NCBI RefSeq assembly: GCF_006345805.1
Contig: NC_043003.1
Location: 36,518,001 to 36,582,000, forward strand
DNA from: Octopus sinensis
Taxonomy: Eukaryota
DNA: 64,000 nt
Direction: 5' to 3'
In this document: in pieces, positions 24,810 through 38,608 of the stretch
How the letters are laid out: every line of letters starts with the position of its first letter
Position numbering within the stretch: the stretch's first letter is position 1
The notes under the pieces: generated by a model
What the model was told of the DNA's origin: nothing
What the model saw: the letters and a program-made list of their open reading frames with translations, nothing else
The model's database searches: none
Made by a program: the position numbers and the translations under genes

Positions 24810-27130
24810 GGAATAAATACAAATTTACAGGGAAAAAATCAGATTTAGGATTAAATCCAATTTTATAGTAAAATATTATAAAATATTATTAGAGACAAAA
24901 CCACTACTTTGCAAAACAAACAAGGAAAGACTTAATCAATACATAAAATTTTAATAAATAGTCAAAAAAACCGCCACTACAATTGTTTCTTGTCTTGATC
25001 GACAATCTTCAGGTGGACTTCCAATCTAAAATATCAATATTTTAAAATATAAAAATAATAATTTTAAAATAATTAAAGTATGAATGAAAAAATATAAATA
25101 TATAATCCATATATAACCTATATATAATCCATATATAATCAATATATAAACAATATATAAACTAAAATAAACCTATCAACAATTAAATATAAAATATAAA
25201 ATATAAAATATAAAATATAAAACAAAACAAAAAAATAATAATAATAATATAATAATAAACTATATATACACCCATACACATATACCTAATTATATATAAC
25301 CATATCTAACTACATACACTAAATCACACACCTATATATATATCCCTATACATACACATAAAAACGTCTAGGCAACTATAAATAAATAAAATAGCTAAAT
25401 ACCACACACACACACATACAACCCACATTCACGCTCTAGAAAACGGACATCACTTAAAATTATGAACGGAGAAATGGAATAAATGGAATTAAAAATTATA
25501 TTCACTTGGTAAAACTAACACTACTTAAAAATTATGACTGAAACAATGCAATAAAACAACAGACATCGCAAATAGACACAAATTACTACGAATTCCTTAA
25601 CAAACCTACCATGATAAACCAAAACTCATAAAAACATATAATGATAAAATCTCCCTTTACTAAACTCTATAACATACCTATATAGCAATCCCCCTAACCT
25701 AAACATTCACACACAAATACACACACGTAAACCACACACCCACGACATATACAAATACCCACACCACTTACACATACCTATACATACATATAAACCTCAA
25801 CATATACTCCAAAAACCCACTCAACCCCACACAGAGAAATAAACACAAAAATTATGAATGGATTCTTTTATAAAACTACCATGATAAGCTAAAACTCACA
25901 AAACATAAATGATAAAACCTCCCTTTACTAAACACTATAACATACTTATATAGCAATCCCTTTAACCTATACATTCACACACAAATACACACACGTAAAC
26001 CACACACCCATAACAAATACAAACACCCACCCCACTCACACACACCCACAAGTACATATACGCCTCAACATATACACCAAACAAAATTACTTTACCAAGG
26101 AACTTAACATATGTATAAAAAGTATAACCGCTCTGGAAACGAACATCTTTTAAAATAATGAATGGAGAAATGGAATAAATGGAATTAAAAATAATATTCA
26201 CGTGGCAAAACGAACACCACTCAAAAATTATGAATGAAACAATGTAATAAAACAACCAACATCGAAAATAGACAAATTACCACGAATTCCCTAAAAAAAC
26301 CATGATAAACCAAAACTCTTAAAAACATATAACGATAAAATCTCCCTTTGGTAAACTCTATAACAAACCTATATAGCAATCCCCCTAACCTAAACATTCA
26401 CACACAAAAAACACACACGTAAACCACAGACCCACGACTTATACACATACCTATACTAACTTATAAACCTCAATATACACCAAAAACCCACTCCCTCCCC
26501 ACACAGACAAATTAACACATACATCCCAAACCTAAATAACAAACCCATATACACATTCACACACAAACACACACACACGCAAAACACACACACACAACAG
26601 ATACATATACTCCCTCACATATACGCATATACATACTCACTAAACTCGATATATACAACAATATTTACACACCCACACTCATACAGATAAATAAATTATA
26701 CAACTAAAAACTCACACACAATCTCATATACATAAACACTCCAATAAAAAACAACATTAAATACATCGTAATTAACCAGAATATCAAAAATAACAATATG
26801 ACATAAGGAGAAATAAAATTCATACTTACAAGTCAGTTTCAAATTATGAAGTGAAATTAAATTCTTAGCCGTTAAAAAAATCAAACCAAAATTACGTTAC
26901 CATAGAAATATAACTTATGTAAAAAAAAAGAATACGCGCCATGGAAAGTAAACGTCATTTAAAATTATGAATGGAGAAATAGAATAAATGGAACTAAAAA
27001 CTATATCCACGTGGCAAACCAGCACTACTTAAAAAAAATTTATTATGAATGGATTCTTTAATAAAACTACCATAATAAATTATTATATACAATTATGAGC
27101 TTTAATAAAACTACCATAATAAATTATTAT
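24810..27130 (-). mobile_element. Non-coding PLE-like terminal (pLTR) region with internal tandem units and a hammerhead
   Basis: Block AAAATTATGAAYGGAGAAATGGAATAAATGGAAT recurs near 25455, 26153 and 26960. A hammerhead lies at 24974-25016. Segment 24877-24918 is repeated inverted at about 27759-27803. Confidence 0.6.
24974..25016 (-). ncRNA. Minimal type I hammerhead ribozyme
   Basis: Minus strand reads CCAC-CUGAAGA-UUGUC(GAUCAA)GACAA-GAAA-CAAUUG-UA-GUGG. Both core boxes are intact, stem II has 5 bp, stem I has 4 bp, and stem III is the perfect palindrome ACAAUUGU. Predicted cleavage follows GUA (between 24978 and 24977). Confidence 0.85.
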
Positions 27131-27969
27131 ATACAATTATGAGCTTTAGCTCATCTTAGCAGCTCTAACAAACAACTTGCAGTAACCCAAATCTATTCTC
27201 GATGCCTGCCTTACTACTACACTATTCCATTCCCAATTCCAAGCAACGCTAGCCCACTACCCGGTTACAATTCCCAACTCCACCCATTCATTCACAATTT
27301 CAACGACGTTCACCTCCACAGCGCTACATATAAGCCTCAACATATACACCGGAGATTCGCTTTCACATCCGTGCGGATGGGTGAGATTATACATTGAGTG
27401 TAGTGATGGGGCTCCCATTACTATACACATTTGTACCTGTGTGGTAGTATCCATGTGTATATTCACGCACGGGTATAAATGCAGGGGGTACACGCGCACA
27501 GCATGTACGTGTACCCCCTCACATGTACATAAGCATGCTAGTTGGGCTCGATATTTGCAACAATGTAATCGCGCCCGCATACATGCATATGGGCGAGTTG
27601 CACAATCAAAATACGCACACGTGTGTGTGTGCGTTCCCTGGTTGTGCAATTCAGCCATCTGGGTGTGAGTGGGTGTAAGCGTATTGCTGTGGATGTCGAG
27701 CTTGATACGTATGTATATGAGTGTGTATTGGGGGGTTGTACGTATTTATTGTGTGCATGTGTTTTGCAAAGTAGTGGTTTTGTCTCTAATAATATTTTAT
27801 ATATATATATATATACAGGACATCACATACTGTAAACAACATGAAATGCGAAAACAAATCAATTGATACGCAAACAACGGAAGAAACAAATGAGAAACAG
27901 GACAAGTAACATAAAGTTGTCGGCTGTCCGTCTACTCCTCATTTCGAGTATCCCGGTGACGTCCTATAT

Positions 27970-28034
<65 letters not shown>

Positions 28035-28116
28035 GGTCCCGGGTTGATTCGGGTTAACCACAGTAAATAAGGTACTCAATACATAGCAGAGTAAAATTAA
28101 TTTATTATATAGAAGG

Positions 28117-28166
28117 AGCTTCTACAGGACTAGAACTGTTTCATTCAGAGAAATCTTCAGGAAGCT
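28117..28166 (-). ncRNA. Type I hammerhead ribozyme, left arm
   Basis: AGCUUC-CUGAAGA-UUUC(UCU)GAAU-GAAA-CAG(UUCUAGUC)CUG-UA-GAAGCU. Stem I has 6 bp, stem III 4 bp and the core boxes are canonical; the base of stem II is a U-U mismatch. Confidence 0.75.
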
Positions 28167-28841
28167 AGTTAACAAGAATTGTATTGGCATTTATACATTT
28201 AGGCAGGTTAAAGGGGTGTTGGTGGGGGACTTTTTGGGGGTAGGCATAGCGCAAAAAATCATACTTGGGGGAGTGGTCAAGGAGTCAGTGTTAAATTAGA
28301 TAGGAGAATAAATAAAAAAATAAAAAATAAAAATAAAAATAAAAAATAAAAAATAAAAAAATAAAAAATAAAAAAATAAAAAATATAAAAAAATAAAAAT
28401 AAAAAAAAAAAAAATAAAAAAATAAAAAAATAAAAACATATATATATATATATATATAAAGGGGGGAATAGAGTTTTAGGTAAATAAGGAGATTCTCACT
28501 TATACCTCTACACATACACACATATATACACTCACACATACATATACATATCTACACATACACATATATATGTATACATACACACACTCACTTGCATACA
28601 CGTATACACACATGTATATATACACACACGACCACACATACATATACACACAGAAAAATATATATACACATACACACACATACTCACATACACGCATACA
28701 CACACAACAAATCCATACACACACATGCACACACAGCACACTAGTCCCTATATACACATATATACACATACACACATATATATACACCCACACATACACA
28801 TACATACACATATATATACATACATACACATACATATACAC

Positions 28842-28885
<44 letters not shown>

Positions 28886-29304
28886 TATACATATGTGTAC
28901 CCATGCATACCTACACATACACACATATATATATACATATACAAATACAGGCCCATTCCCTAATTTTAATTTTATTATCTTCGTTTATTACTTTTGTTAT
29001 CTTTGGCCGCTTGGTCACAAACATCTTGGCTATGACAGCCAGACCATTTATCCGTCTACTGGAAAACAATTACTCATTCACTCACGCACACTCTTTAGCG
29101 CATACACTCACTCATTCGTACACTCGTACGCATACACGCACGCACGCGTTATATTCATACATACATACATCTACATACATTCACGTATATACACATACGT
29201 ACCTACAGATTCATGTCTACACTCTTAGAAGGCTAGTCTATACATATACACCAATAAATATAAATACACACACATACATGTACACCTACATACAAATACA
29301 TACA

Positions 29305-29350
<46 letters not shown>

Positions 29351-29937
29351 TATATGTATGTGTATGTGTGGGTGTATATATATGTGTGTATGTGTATATA
29401 TGTGTATATAGGGACTAGTGTGCTGTGTGTGCATGTGTGTGTATGGATTTGTTGTGTGTGTATGCGTGTATGTGAGTATGTGTGTGTATACGTGTATGCA
29501 AGTGAGTGTGTGTATGTATACATATATATGTGTATGTGTAGATATGTATATGTATGTGTGAGTGTATATATGTGTGTATGTGTAGAGGTATAAGTGAGAA
29601 TCTCCTTATTTACCTAAAACTCTATTCCCCCCTTTATATATATATATATATATATTTTTTATTTTTTATTTTTTATTTTTTATTTTTTATTTTTTATTTT
29701 TTTATATTTTTTTTTTTTTATTTTTTATTTTTTATTTTTTATTTTTTATTTTTTATTTTTTATTTTTTATTTTTTATTTTTTATTTTTTATTTATTCTCC
29801 TATCTAATTTAACACTGACTCCTTGACCACTCCCCCAAGTATGATTTTTTGCGCTATGCCTACCCCCAAAAAGTCCCCCACCAACACCCCTTTAAACCTG
29901 CCTAAATGTATAAATGCCAATACAATTCTTGTTAACT

Positions 29938-29988
29938 AGCTTCCTGAAGATTTCTCTTGAATGAAACAGTTCTAGTCCTGTAGAAGCT
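29938..29988 (+). ncRNA. Type I hammerhead ribozyme, right arm
   Basis: Same as the left copy but with loop II UCUU. Predicted cleavage follows GUA at 29982. Confidence 0.75.
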
Positions 29989-29999
29989 CCTTCTATATA

Positions 30000-30034
<35 letters not shown>

Positions 30035-30119
30035 TACTCCAAACAAGAAAACAAAAAAACACAACAACGCAAGGACGTGGAACAAATAAAGTATTATTGG
30101 GCGCTCAGGAAAGAAGGGA

Positions 30120-30204
<85 letters not shown>

Positions 30205-30210
<6 letters not shown>

Positions 30211-30955
30211 ACTTAGAATAACTTAGAAAGGTTTTGGCCAGTATTGGCCCAGGCCAAGTCTAACTTAATAGCACCACCTGGCGAAGTCTTTCAATTCAGG
30301 ATTTGGGCACCGAGGCCCATTCGATAAGAGAGTTATTGTTTGCGGAGACATAACCGGGTGAGGGTGGTTTGGCCGGGACTGTTTGAAGGAATTTGTCCAA
30401 AGACTTCTTGTATTTTGTGTGGTCAGTTTCTGTTTTGACGTGTCCTGGTGTAATGTTTAAGAGAGCGGGTCCAATTGAGGTGAAATAATTGTGCCGTATT
30501 GTCGTTATGTGATGCGATTTAGATTTTTGTTGTGGTCCAAGCCTTGGATGTATTTTGAAGGTAATGCCAACATCATTCGGACAGTGCTGATGGAATATTT
30601 TCCGCATCATACAGATAATGTAGCGTTCACGGCGTCGTTGGAGTGAATACAGTTTCAGCTTCTCTAGTCTACGCCAGTAGTCAAGGCCTCACATGCCATC
30701 TATCTTTTTTGTGATTGACCTTTGGGGAGCTTCAGTTCTCATAATATTTTGTTTTGTGTAGGGAGACCACAGTGGACAGCAGTATTCAAGGTGGGGTCGG
30801 GCAAAAGTGGAGAAGAGAAGGATAATAGTGTGGGAATCTCTCGACTGGAAGGTTCTGAGAATCCAGGAACACATTCTGCGGTCCATGTCAACTTTGCTGC
30901 TTATATGTGTAGCCCAGCTTATTTTGTTCTCCACTGTTACTCCCAAGTCTCTGAT
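30205..30955 (-). mobile_element. CR1/L2-type LINE 3' end
   Basis: RDLGVTV....SW..HI...[13 protein letters not shown]....[11 protein letters not shown] / GLDYWRRLEKLKLYSLQRRRERY...SLDKFLQTVP.KP..PGYVSANNNSL, then a short UTR and a TTCTAAGTTA-repeat tail. Confidence 0.88.
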
Positions 30956-30988
30956 ACACATATACATATATATGTATGTATATATATA

Positions 30989-31052
<64 letters not shown>

Positions 31053-31254
31053 GTATATATGTATGTATGTATGTATGTACATATATAGATATATGCCTGA
31101 ATATATATATATATCCACACACATTCATTTGTGTGCGTTGACTACAGCATTAGAGCATTTTAGCAGCGTACATGTTTCTTAATACCCTAGTCACATTTAG
31201 TGACAATTACATTTCTCATTTTTTTTTAACATTGCAAATGCTGTTTATATCAAT

Positions 31255-31289
<35 letters not shown>

Positions 31290-33606
31290 CTGTGTGCGTG
31301 TGCGTGTTTTTATGTGTTTGTGTTTGTACGTGTGTGTGTGTGTGTGTGTTTGTGCCTATAAATATATAAGATATATTCAAGCTGCTCTGTATGAGTGTAA
31401 AAAAGAAAAGCACGCGTATATTTGCTAGTAAGTTAAGAATCATTGTTAAGTTAAGAATAGGTAGGATATTTAAAACAGTAACAGTTTATTCCGCCTGAAT
31501 TTGACTTGGTCGCGTCAAACCAAAAACAATTAAGAACATAAGAAAGACATGGAAAAACGGTATGCTTCTGTATGTATGTGTGTTTGGTGTCTCTGTATGC
31601 ATGTGTGCTTGCGCGCGTGAGTGTGCGTGTGCGTATGTGTAAGGGCTACGAGAGGGATTGAATCGGTTGAAGGAACGTTATACAACATGAAGGAATGGAA
31701 GTTCGTCATACAAAGAAGAATTAAATTTTTTTGCGATCTGAGGCGACAAAACGGAACATCGATAAACAGAGAACATTTGAACTACCGGGAGAAAACCGAA
31801 TAAAATGGAAAGAGTAAAATGTGAAGAGGAATGTAACATATATGTATTTTAATAAAAAGAAAAATATATGTTATACATCAGACACAAGATTAGTTAGGAT
31901 ATAAATCTGGTGGAAAGGAAATGCACAGAAAACAAAAATCAAAGCAAAAGCTCTTAGCAATTCTATGTGAAAGATAAAGAAAAAAAGTTTGAAAACTTAC
32001 GGGAGATAACTGTGTAATGGAACGTGTAAAAATGAAGTGAAAAATAATTTTAAAATAATGTAATCCCGTTGAAACCAACAGTAGAATATTGTGAAGCTTA
32101 TTTAAGTTAACATGGAATATCTGAATCTTATATGTTGTGTTTAATGTGTATGATGATAGATTACCTTTTCGAGAAAGCTTCATTACATTCCTTGCAAATA
32201 TCAGTTGAATTTATAAACTCTAAAAATTATAATTGTAGTTCTTGAAGTTAGCTGGCAACAGTATTTGTTTACTGTTTATTAAATGAAATCGGTACAATGA
32301 TATCTAATATGCAATTAAATTAATTAATATTTCCTATATTTAGCTTGCTGCAGCCATCAATGTATTGCCAATAAGGAACGTATCCTTTCAAAATTTCAGA
32401 CAAAATATTTGAAAACAAAATTTATATTTTTATTATAATTTCTGAATATTGTGTAGGAGATAATTTGAAAATTGCATTTCCATACATTCACATACACATA
32501 TACTCCTATGTATGTGCATATGTATCTATTTTGCTATGTATAAATATACACACACAGACGTGCATTTATACGCATACTCACATGCGTACATAACCAAGCT
32601 CAAACATCCGCATAACCACACACATTTTAACTCACACTGCAGATTAAATAGGAATAAAATTGTAAAATTGTATAGACTTTAAACATTTCAAATTAAAAAG
32701 AACAGATAAAACGTATATTATTGAATCTGATAAAAGAAAGAAAATAATTTCCGTGTAACATTATATGCCTGTGCTTAATATTTGAAAATAGTAGAATATA
32801 TTTTTGCAAGAGTTTGCCGTGTAAATTAGCGCTTCTCTAGAATCCAAATTCCTGAGCTGTTTACAAAAGTATGCCTCATCTTGGTAGGAAATATTGAAAG
32901 TTAAACAAAGGCGCTGCATGTCATTTCATCAGAGATGTCATAAGTGGTTAGGTTATTTCCCTCATAAGCTATCTGACTTTGATTTTGTCTTTTTTTTATT
33001 GATAAATTCAATATAATACAAATGTAATTAGTCTTGCTATTTAGAGCTTCTGGATCTAAACGGTTCAATTCATGGAAGAACATGGAATTAGTAATGGAAA
33101 AATTGTCTTTTTCATTCTCATTCGAATATCATTAGCTATGATATTGAGTAAATGTCATGAACTCTCCCATTTTGAGGTATAAACATCGAAGATCAGAAAA
33201 TTCTCTACGCTCTTAGATAAATTACTCCCATAAATTATAGTAAATTAAACAACTTGTATGACTTCATATTTGTGCATTAAAAGCTAATGTTTAGTTGGCA
33301 ATTATCTTATACACTGACATTCATCGTGCGTTTTAGCAAGGCTGCGAATTTGAGGGTAGGTGAAATGGAAGCATATGACGGTCATCTTTTTCTCAATAGC
33401 ATTAATCAAAGCAGGCAAAAATAATCCCTCGTAAGATATTAACTTTATTAAGCAATCTTCTCTGAAGGATGTTATGTGAGATGAAAACTAAACATGTATT
33501 TTTCAAGAGTATATCTAAGGTATTTGATGGGGTTCTCATTCTACATGAAAATCTTAAAGAACCTGTATTTAGAAACAGATGTGAAACTTAGAAACTGTCC
33601 AAACCA

Positions 33607-33818
33607 GGAAGACGCGTGGCTTAGTGGTGAGGATGCTGTACCTGTAATTCAAAGAGTGAGACTTGCCATATTCTGTGTCACGCTCTGAATCTCCATGAGA
33701 ACTACATTAATGGTACTCATGTCTGTGAAATGCTCAGCCACTTTCACGTTAATTTTACGAGCAAGCTGTTCGTCTCATTGTATCAAATAGAACACACGTC
33801 GTCGTAACCGACGGAGAG
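33607..33818 (+). mobile_element. Deleted SINE copy (family of 22488-22870)
   Basis: Shares CTGTCACGCTCTGAAT..GAGAACTAC, CACGTTAATTT.ACGAGCA.GCTGTT and CGTCGTCGTAACCGACGGAGT. Confidence 0.8.
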
Positions 33819-36734
33819 TAAGTCGGTACTCGAGATTTAGATCCGACTTAAAGAAAAGGCTCACGGGATATTTATTTCATTCGTTTGATCCTCAGTGACA
33901 GACTGAGGACTACCTGAAAAAAGCATTTCTTATGATAATTATGGTGATAAAAGGGTGGATGTTTAATTCCACAGAGAATCAGGCAAATGCCTAGCACTAT
34001 TTGTTTCGGTCTTTTCCGTTCTGAATTCAGAGCTTGTGACTAAGTTAGAATCAATTATTTATTCTGGAGACAATACGATGATATTTTATTGTGCAAATCA
34101 TTGTGCGTTTGTGCTTCTGTTGTTGTATATTTAGTGAGAACGCATACGGGGATGCATGAGTGTTATTTTAACAAAGTTATATTTGTTGTACAAAGATAAG
34201 AAGCGATAGTCAAATACTTTTTTTATAAACTTTCTTACAGTTTTTTCCCCATAACATCTAGAGTCAAGATCGACAACTAGGTTTGTTTTTGTTTTGTTTT
34301 TTATGTATTTGTTTTTTTTCTGGTTTCTTTTTTTCGAAGACGCTTTAATCAATATTTCAAGCATAGCAGACGAACAATGGAAATACTATCAACAAGAAAA
34401 TCTAAAACGATCCGGGAAGCTTTTAATTTTATTGAAATCCAGGGTAAACATTGCTTTCATTTTCTTTCCTTTTTTTATCGAATGATCGTCAGCACAAAGG
34501 AAATTATTAAATTAAAGTTCTCGAAAAATAAAAAGAGAAACAAAATAAGAGAAAAGTTAATAGACATCCGAGAAAAAAATAATAATTAGTTTAGCAGACC
34601 CAACAGCATGGCCTCTTTCTAGAATACTATACATTTGCAACGACTTCTCAATTGACAGTATTTTTGTTTTATGTTTTAATCAAACTAACAAGTTAATGAC
34701 TGAAAACGACGTGAAGAATTCTTTGTACAACGGACTGGTTGATCTTTCTTAATTAAATGAATTAAAGTTTCAAATCTGGTGGTGATTAATATCAGTATTC
34801 ACGTTGCTAAAAATTATGGAGTATCTTTGAGGTAAACTAAGGATGACGCCTGGGAAGAATAGGATATAACCGATAAGCTTGGGTTGAGAAGATATGTAGG
34901 CTTCGATTTGAAACCGAAATTCAGTGAAGTATGTGTGACATAGAGATAATTATTAAATATCACATCAGTAAGTTAGCAAATATATTTTGTTAGTGAATAA
35001 ACGTTTGCCTATTCGTCCATCAGAATTATGTGTATCGAGTCTAGTATGTTCGGTCCTTAGACGTAGCCAGTCTCACACATATGAGCAGCATTTCAATACA
35101 TCTTAATTGAACAAGCACAGCAGTTATTTAGAGCTGAAGTACCACGTTGGTTTCAAGGCGATACCCTGTCTTTAGGATGTGCTAATGGCAATGCGGTAGC
35201 TGAGGGATCACCATATGATATCATCAAATTTGTAAGACAATCCTGCTGCAGCAGGATTGTTTCTGTATGTTTAAGATTGTATGAATGGATATTGAAGAAG
35301 GCTGTAATTTCCTATTCTGATATTGTCCATGTTGTTATACAATCAAAGCGGACTTGTCATAATGGGTCTGAATTTTGCACCCATACTGACTGATAAATAA
35401 TTATGAGAAATGAAATCGTGCAAAGAACAACAGCTACTTACAAACCTGTATTATTAAAAGTAACGCGAATAACAGAAATTAAGTAATTGAAGAACAGAAA
35501 GCAACTGACACGGTGAGAGGTAAAATTTATTTGTAGCAAATGAGAATTGGCAGAATATGAAACAGCGAGAATCACGTCCGCACATCCTGCAGAGAGATGG
35601 TCTATAAGCTATACTCCGATCAAAATATTGATGTTATTGAACCTATAGTCACACACCGTGAGTTGGAGGAACTTATCGCGCACAAAAACTACTTATGCGT
35701 TCTTCACCGGATAAACAATATTACTTTCATTGAGTTTCACAGAGGCGATAAACGCCTCGAGGCGTAAGCAATACGGTCAGTAGATCATCTGCTTCGGAAA
35801 CCATGCAGTCGGTATCTCAGAGAGGAAACAACAGCTCAACGTGGGAAAAGAGCAGGTGGTTTTCGATCATATCTATCACCTTGTATATTCTGGAAATTAG
35901 GTTGACAAAGTAATTATAAACATCAGATGAATTCTGTTTCTAGAAAGAGGGCACTCCCACACATTTCTCTATAGGTTTATGTAGCTCACTGCAAAATATG
36001 CATTTTCGTTTGGATACACAGTACTTTATAAGTGTATTATTTGAGGTTAATTAAAGAAACTCCTTGAGGTAGGTTACAAATTTGATTGGTATAATTGAGG
36101 CATTAACATTTAGGAAAAGTGTAATTCGTGTCAAAATAGGTGATGTATGAGAATAGAATATTGGCGTGAGTTTTCTTCCTGTGATTCTATTCTAGTAAAT
36201 AAACAGCAGTTCGTCGGTGGCTGCCACCATTCTACAGCGTTAATGAAGACCATAATTGCAAAGAACACGATCCCAGAAAGATGTGGGAACTTACAGTAAG
36301 ATGCAGTAATCATTTTTTGCGTTAGTGTCTGGTAGTGTCAAATATGTGTTTAAACTAAATACCTCAATTCATTTAATACAGAATAGGTATCGAAAATACA
36401 AGTATATTTTAAACCAACAGACATTTTTAGTTCGTCATGCAAGCATTTGTAACAAATTGGAGTTGTGTTTTACATGAACAAAGCAATTCTATTTAAATAC
36501 ACAAAATTGTGGTGGGTTGCTATTTTCAGATTTAATAAGAGCAGCAGACGTGGAGAATTGGTAAACCATCAGGCAAAATATATTGTTTTATTTGATACCA
36601 TTTTGCTTTCATTACAAATCCCTCCACGGTTAAATTTGCATTGTTTACCTTGCGAGATGAATAAAACAATTTCCATCTAATCGTTTATCACTCCTCCCTT
36701 AATTTCGAAGTTTTCTGCTTTTCTACTTTAGGCA

Positions 36735-37102
36735 CAAGGCCCTACATTTTGGGGGAGGGGACCAGTCGATTAGATCGACCCCAGTATGCAACTGGTACTT
36801 AATTTATCGATCTCCAAAAGGATGAAAGGCAAAGTCGAACACAACAGAAATTGAACTCAGAGCGTAAAGACGAAATACCTATTTGTTTACTACCCACAAG
36901 GGGACAAACATAGAGAGGACAAACAAAGACAGGTAAACGGATTAAGTCGATTATATCGAGCCCAGTGCATAACTGGTACTTATTTAATCGACCCCGAAAG
37001 AATGAATGGCAAGTCGACCTCGGCGGAATTTGAACTCAGAACGTTGCAGCAGACGAAATACCGCTAAACATTACGCCCGGAGTGCTAACGATTCTGCCAG
37101 CT
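36735..37102 (-). mobile_element. Dimeric tRNA-derived SINE
   Basis: Two bodies (TTCTGAGTTCAAATTCCGCCGAGGTCGAC...AAGTACCAGTT) joined through GGGTAGTAAA.AAATAGGTATTTCGTC. Confidence 0.85.
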
Positions 37103-37106
37103 TAAA

Positions 37107-37108
37107 AC

Positions 37109-37196
<88 letters not shown>
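37107..37196. repeat. (GATA)n microsatellite
   Basis: Seen directly. Confidence 0.96.
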
Positions 37197-37856
37197 TAAA
37201 AAGTAGATAGATTGGCCGAATTAGTAGAGAGTTAAAAGTCAAACACGCTGCCTAAGTTTAGTTGCAGATATTTCCGTTCGATTATCAAATGCCGATCAGA
37301 CTTCTGGGTTTGATCAGTTAAACAACAGTTGGTACCAGGTTCTATCTAATCACCTATACACACATCTATCATATTTAAAGAATTGTCCGTATGTTAATAG
37401 ATCAATACGACAGAAAAGCAACTTTATGTTTCACATCATCAATAACAATGTCTATATCGATTCCACGAAGGCAACTCTACTCTGTATCTAAATCTGATAG
37501 AAGTAGCCATCAAATCTGCTTCGATTCATACACCACTGTTTCTCAAATAGGAATCATTAGATGAAATACCTTTGGATTATCGACACTTGAAAACGAGATA
37601 ACAATGAAATTGCGTCAATTACGGAACCTAAAAAAAGACGTTAGAAATTACAAGTGGCATCCAAATATCACTCGAAACGCATTGTACACATTTTGAGCAA
37701 TGACATCAGATAATGAGGGTATGGAAGGAACTAGAAATTGGGAGGTAATGGTGCAACACTTTTAACACGCTTCGTCGCTGAAGGTTAACTTGGAGGGCAA
37801 ACATTACAATTATTAAATCCATAATATATTAAATTCTAGTGAGATTAATAGCAACA

Positions 37857-37876
37857 TAGTAACTAACTGTAGTAGT

Positions 37877-37913
<37 letters not shown>

Positions 37914-37914
37914 T

Positions 37915-37968
<54 letters not shown>

Positions 37969-37983
37969 CAGCAGCAGCAGTAG
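37857..37983. repeat. (AGT)/(AGC) trinucleotide tract
   Basis: Seen directly. Confidence 0.95.
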
Positions 37984-38269
37984 AGGCACTATTTCGTGTT
38001 TAAAGTTGTGATTTTTATCATTCGTCTTCTTCATCTGGAATCCCATTAAAAATATATATTTAAGTTCTTAAGAAAATGTTTTCCGGATGAATTGACTGCC
38101 ATTTCGAAGAGAATGAGTGACTAAGTAGAGGCTCTCGCAATCTTGACATCTTTTCGTTTTAATTTTATTTTATATTCGGCGGGAAGGATAAGACGTTTGG
38201 TTTGAATTCTTGGCAATGGTTTTGACGCCATTGATCCTGAAGATAATACCAGCGAAAATGACGAAGATG

Positions 38270-38305
38270 TTGTTTGAAGAAAAAGAAGAAGAAAGAAGAA
38301 GAAGA

Positions 38306-38353
<48 letters not shown>

Positions 38354-38439
38354 GGTGGTGGTGGTGGTGGTGTAGTAGTAGTAGTAGTAGTAGTAGTAGT
38401 GTAGTAGTAGTAGTAGTAGTGGTGGTGGTGGTGGTGGTG

Positions 38440-38485
<46 letters not shown>

Positions 38486-38576
38486 CGGTGGTAGTAGTAG
38501 TAGTAGTATTAGTAGAAGAAGAAGAAGAAAAACAAGAAGAAAAGGAAGAAGAAGAAAAAGAAGTAGTAGTAGTAGT

Positions 38577-38608
<32 letters not shown>

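Larger units (their letters stand above)
28100..30005. repeat. Long inverted repeat of PLE-like termini: arms about 28100-28806 and 29353-30005
   Basis: ORFs 28291-28539(-) and 29554-29826(+) begin identically. The unique parts are near-identical reverse complements with two 1-bp indels, and the left arm has about 60 bp more low-complexity sequence. Confidence 0.93.
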
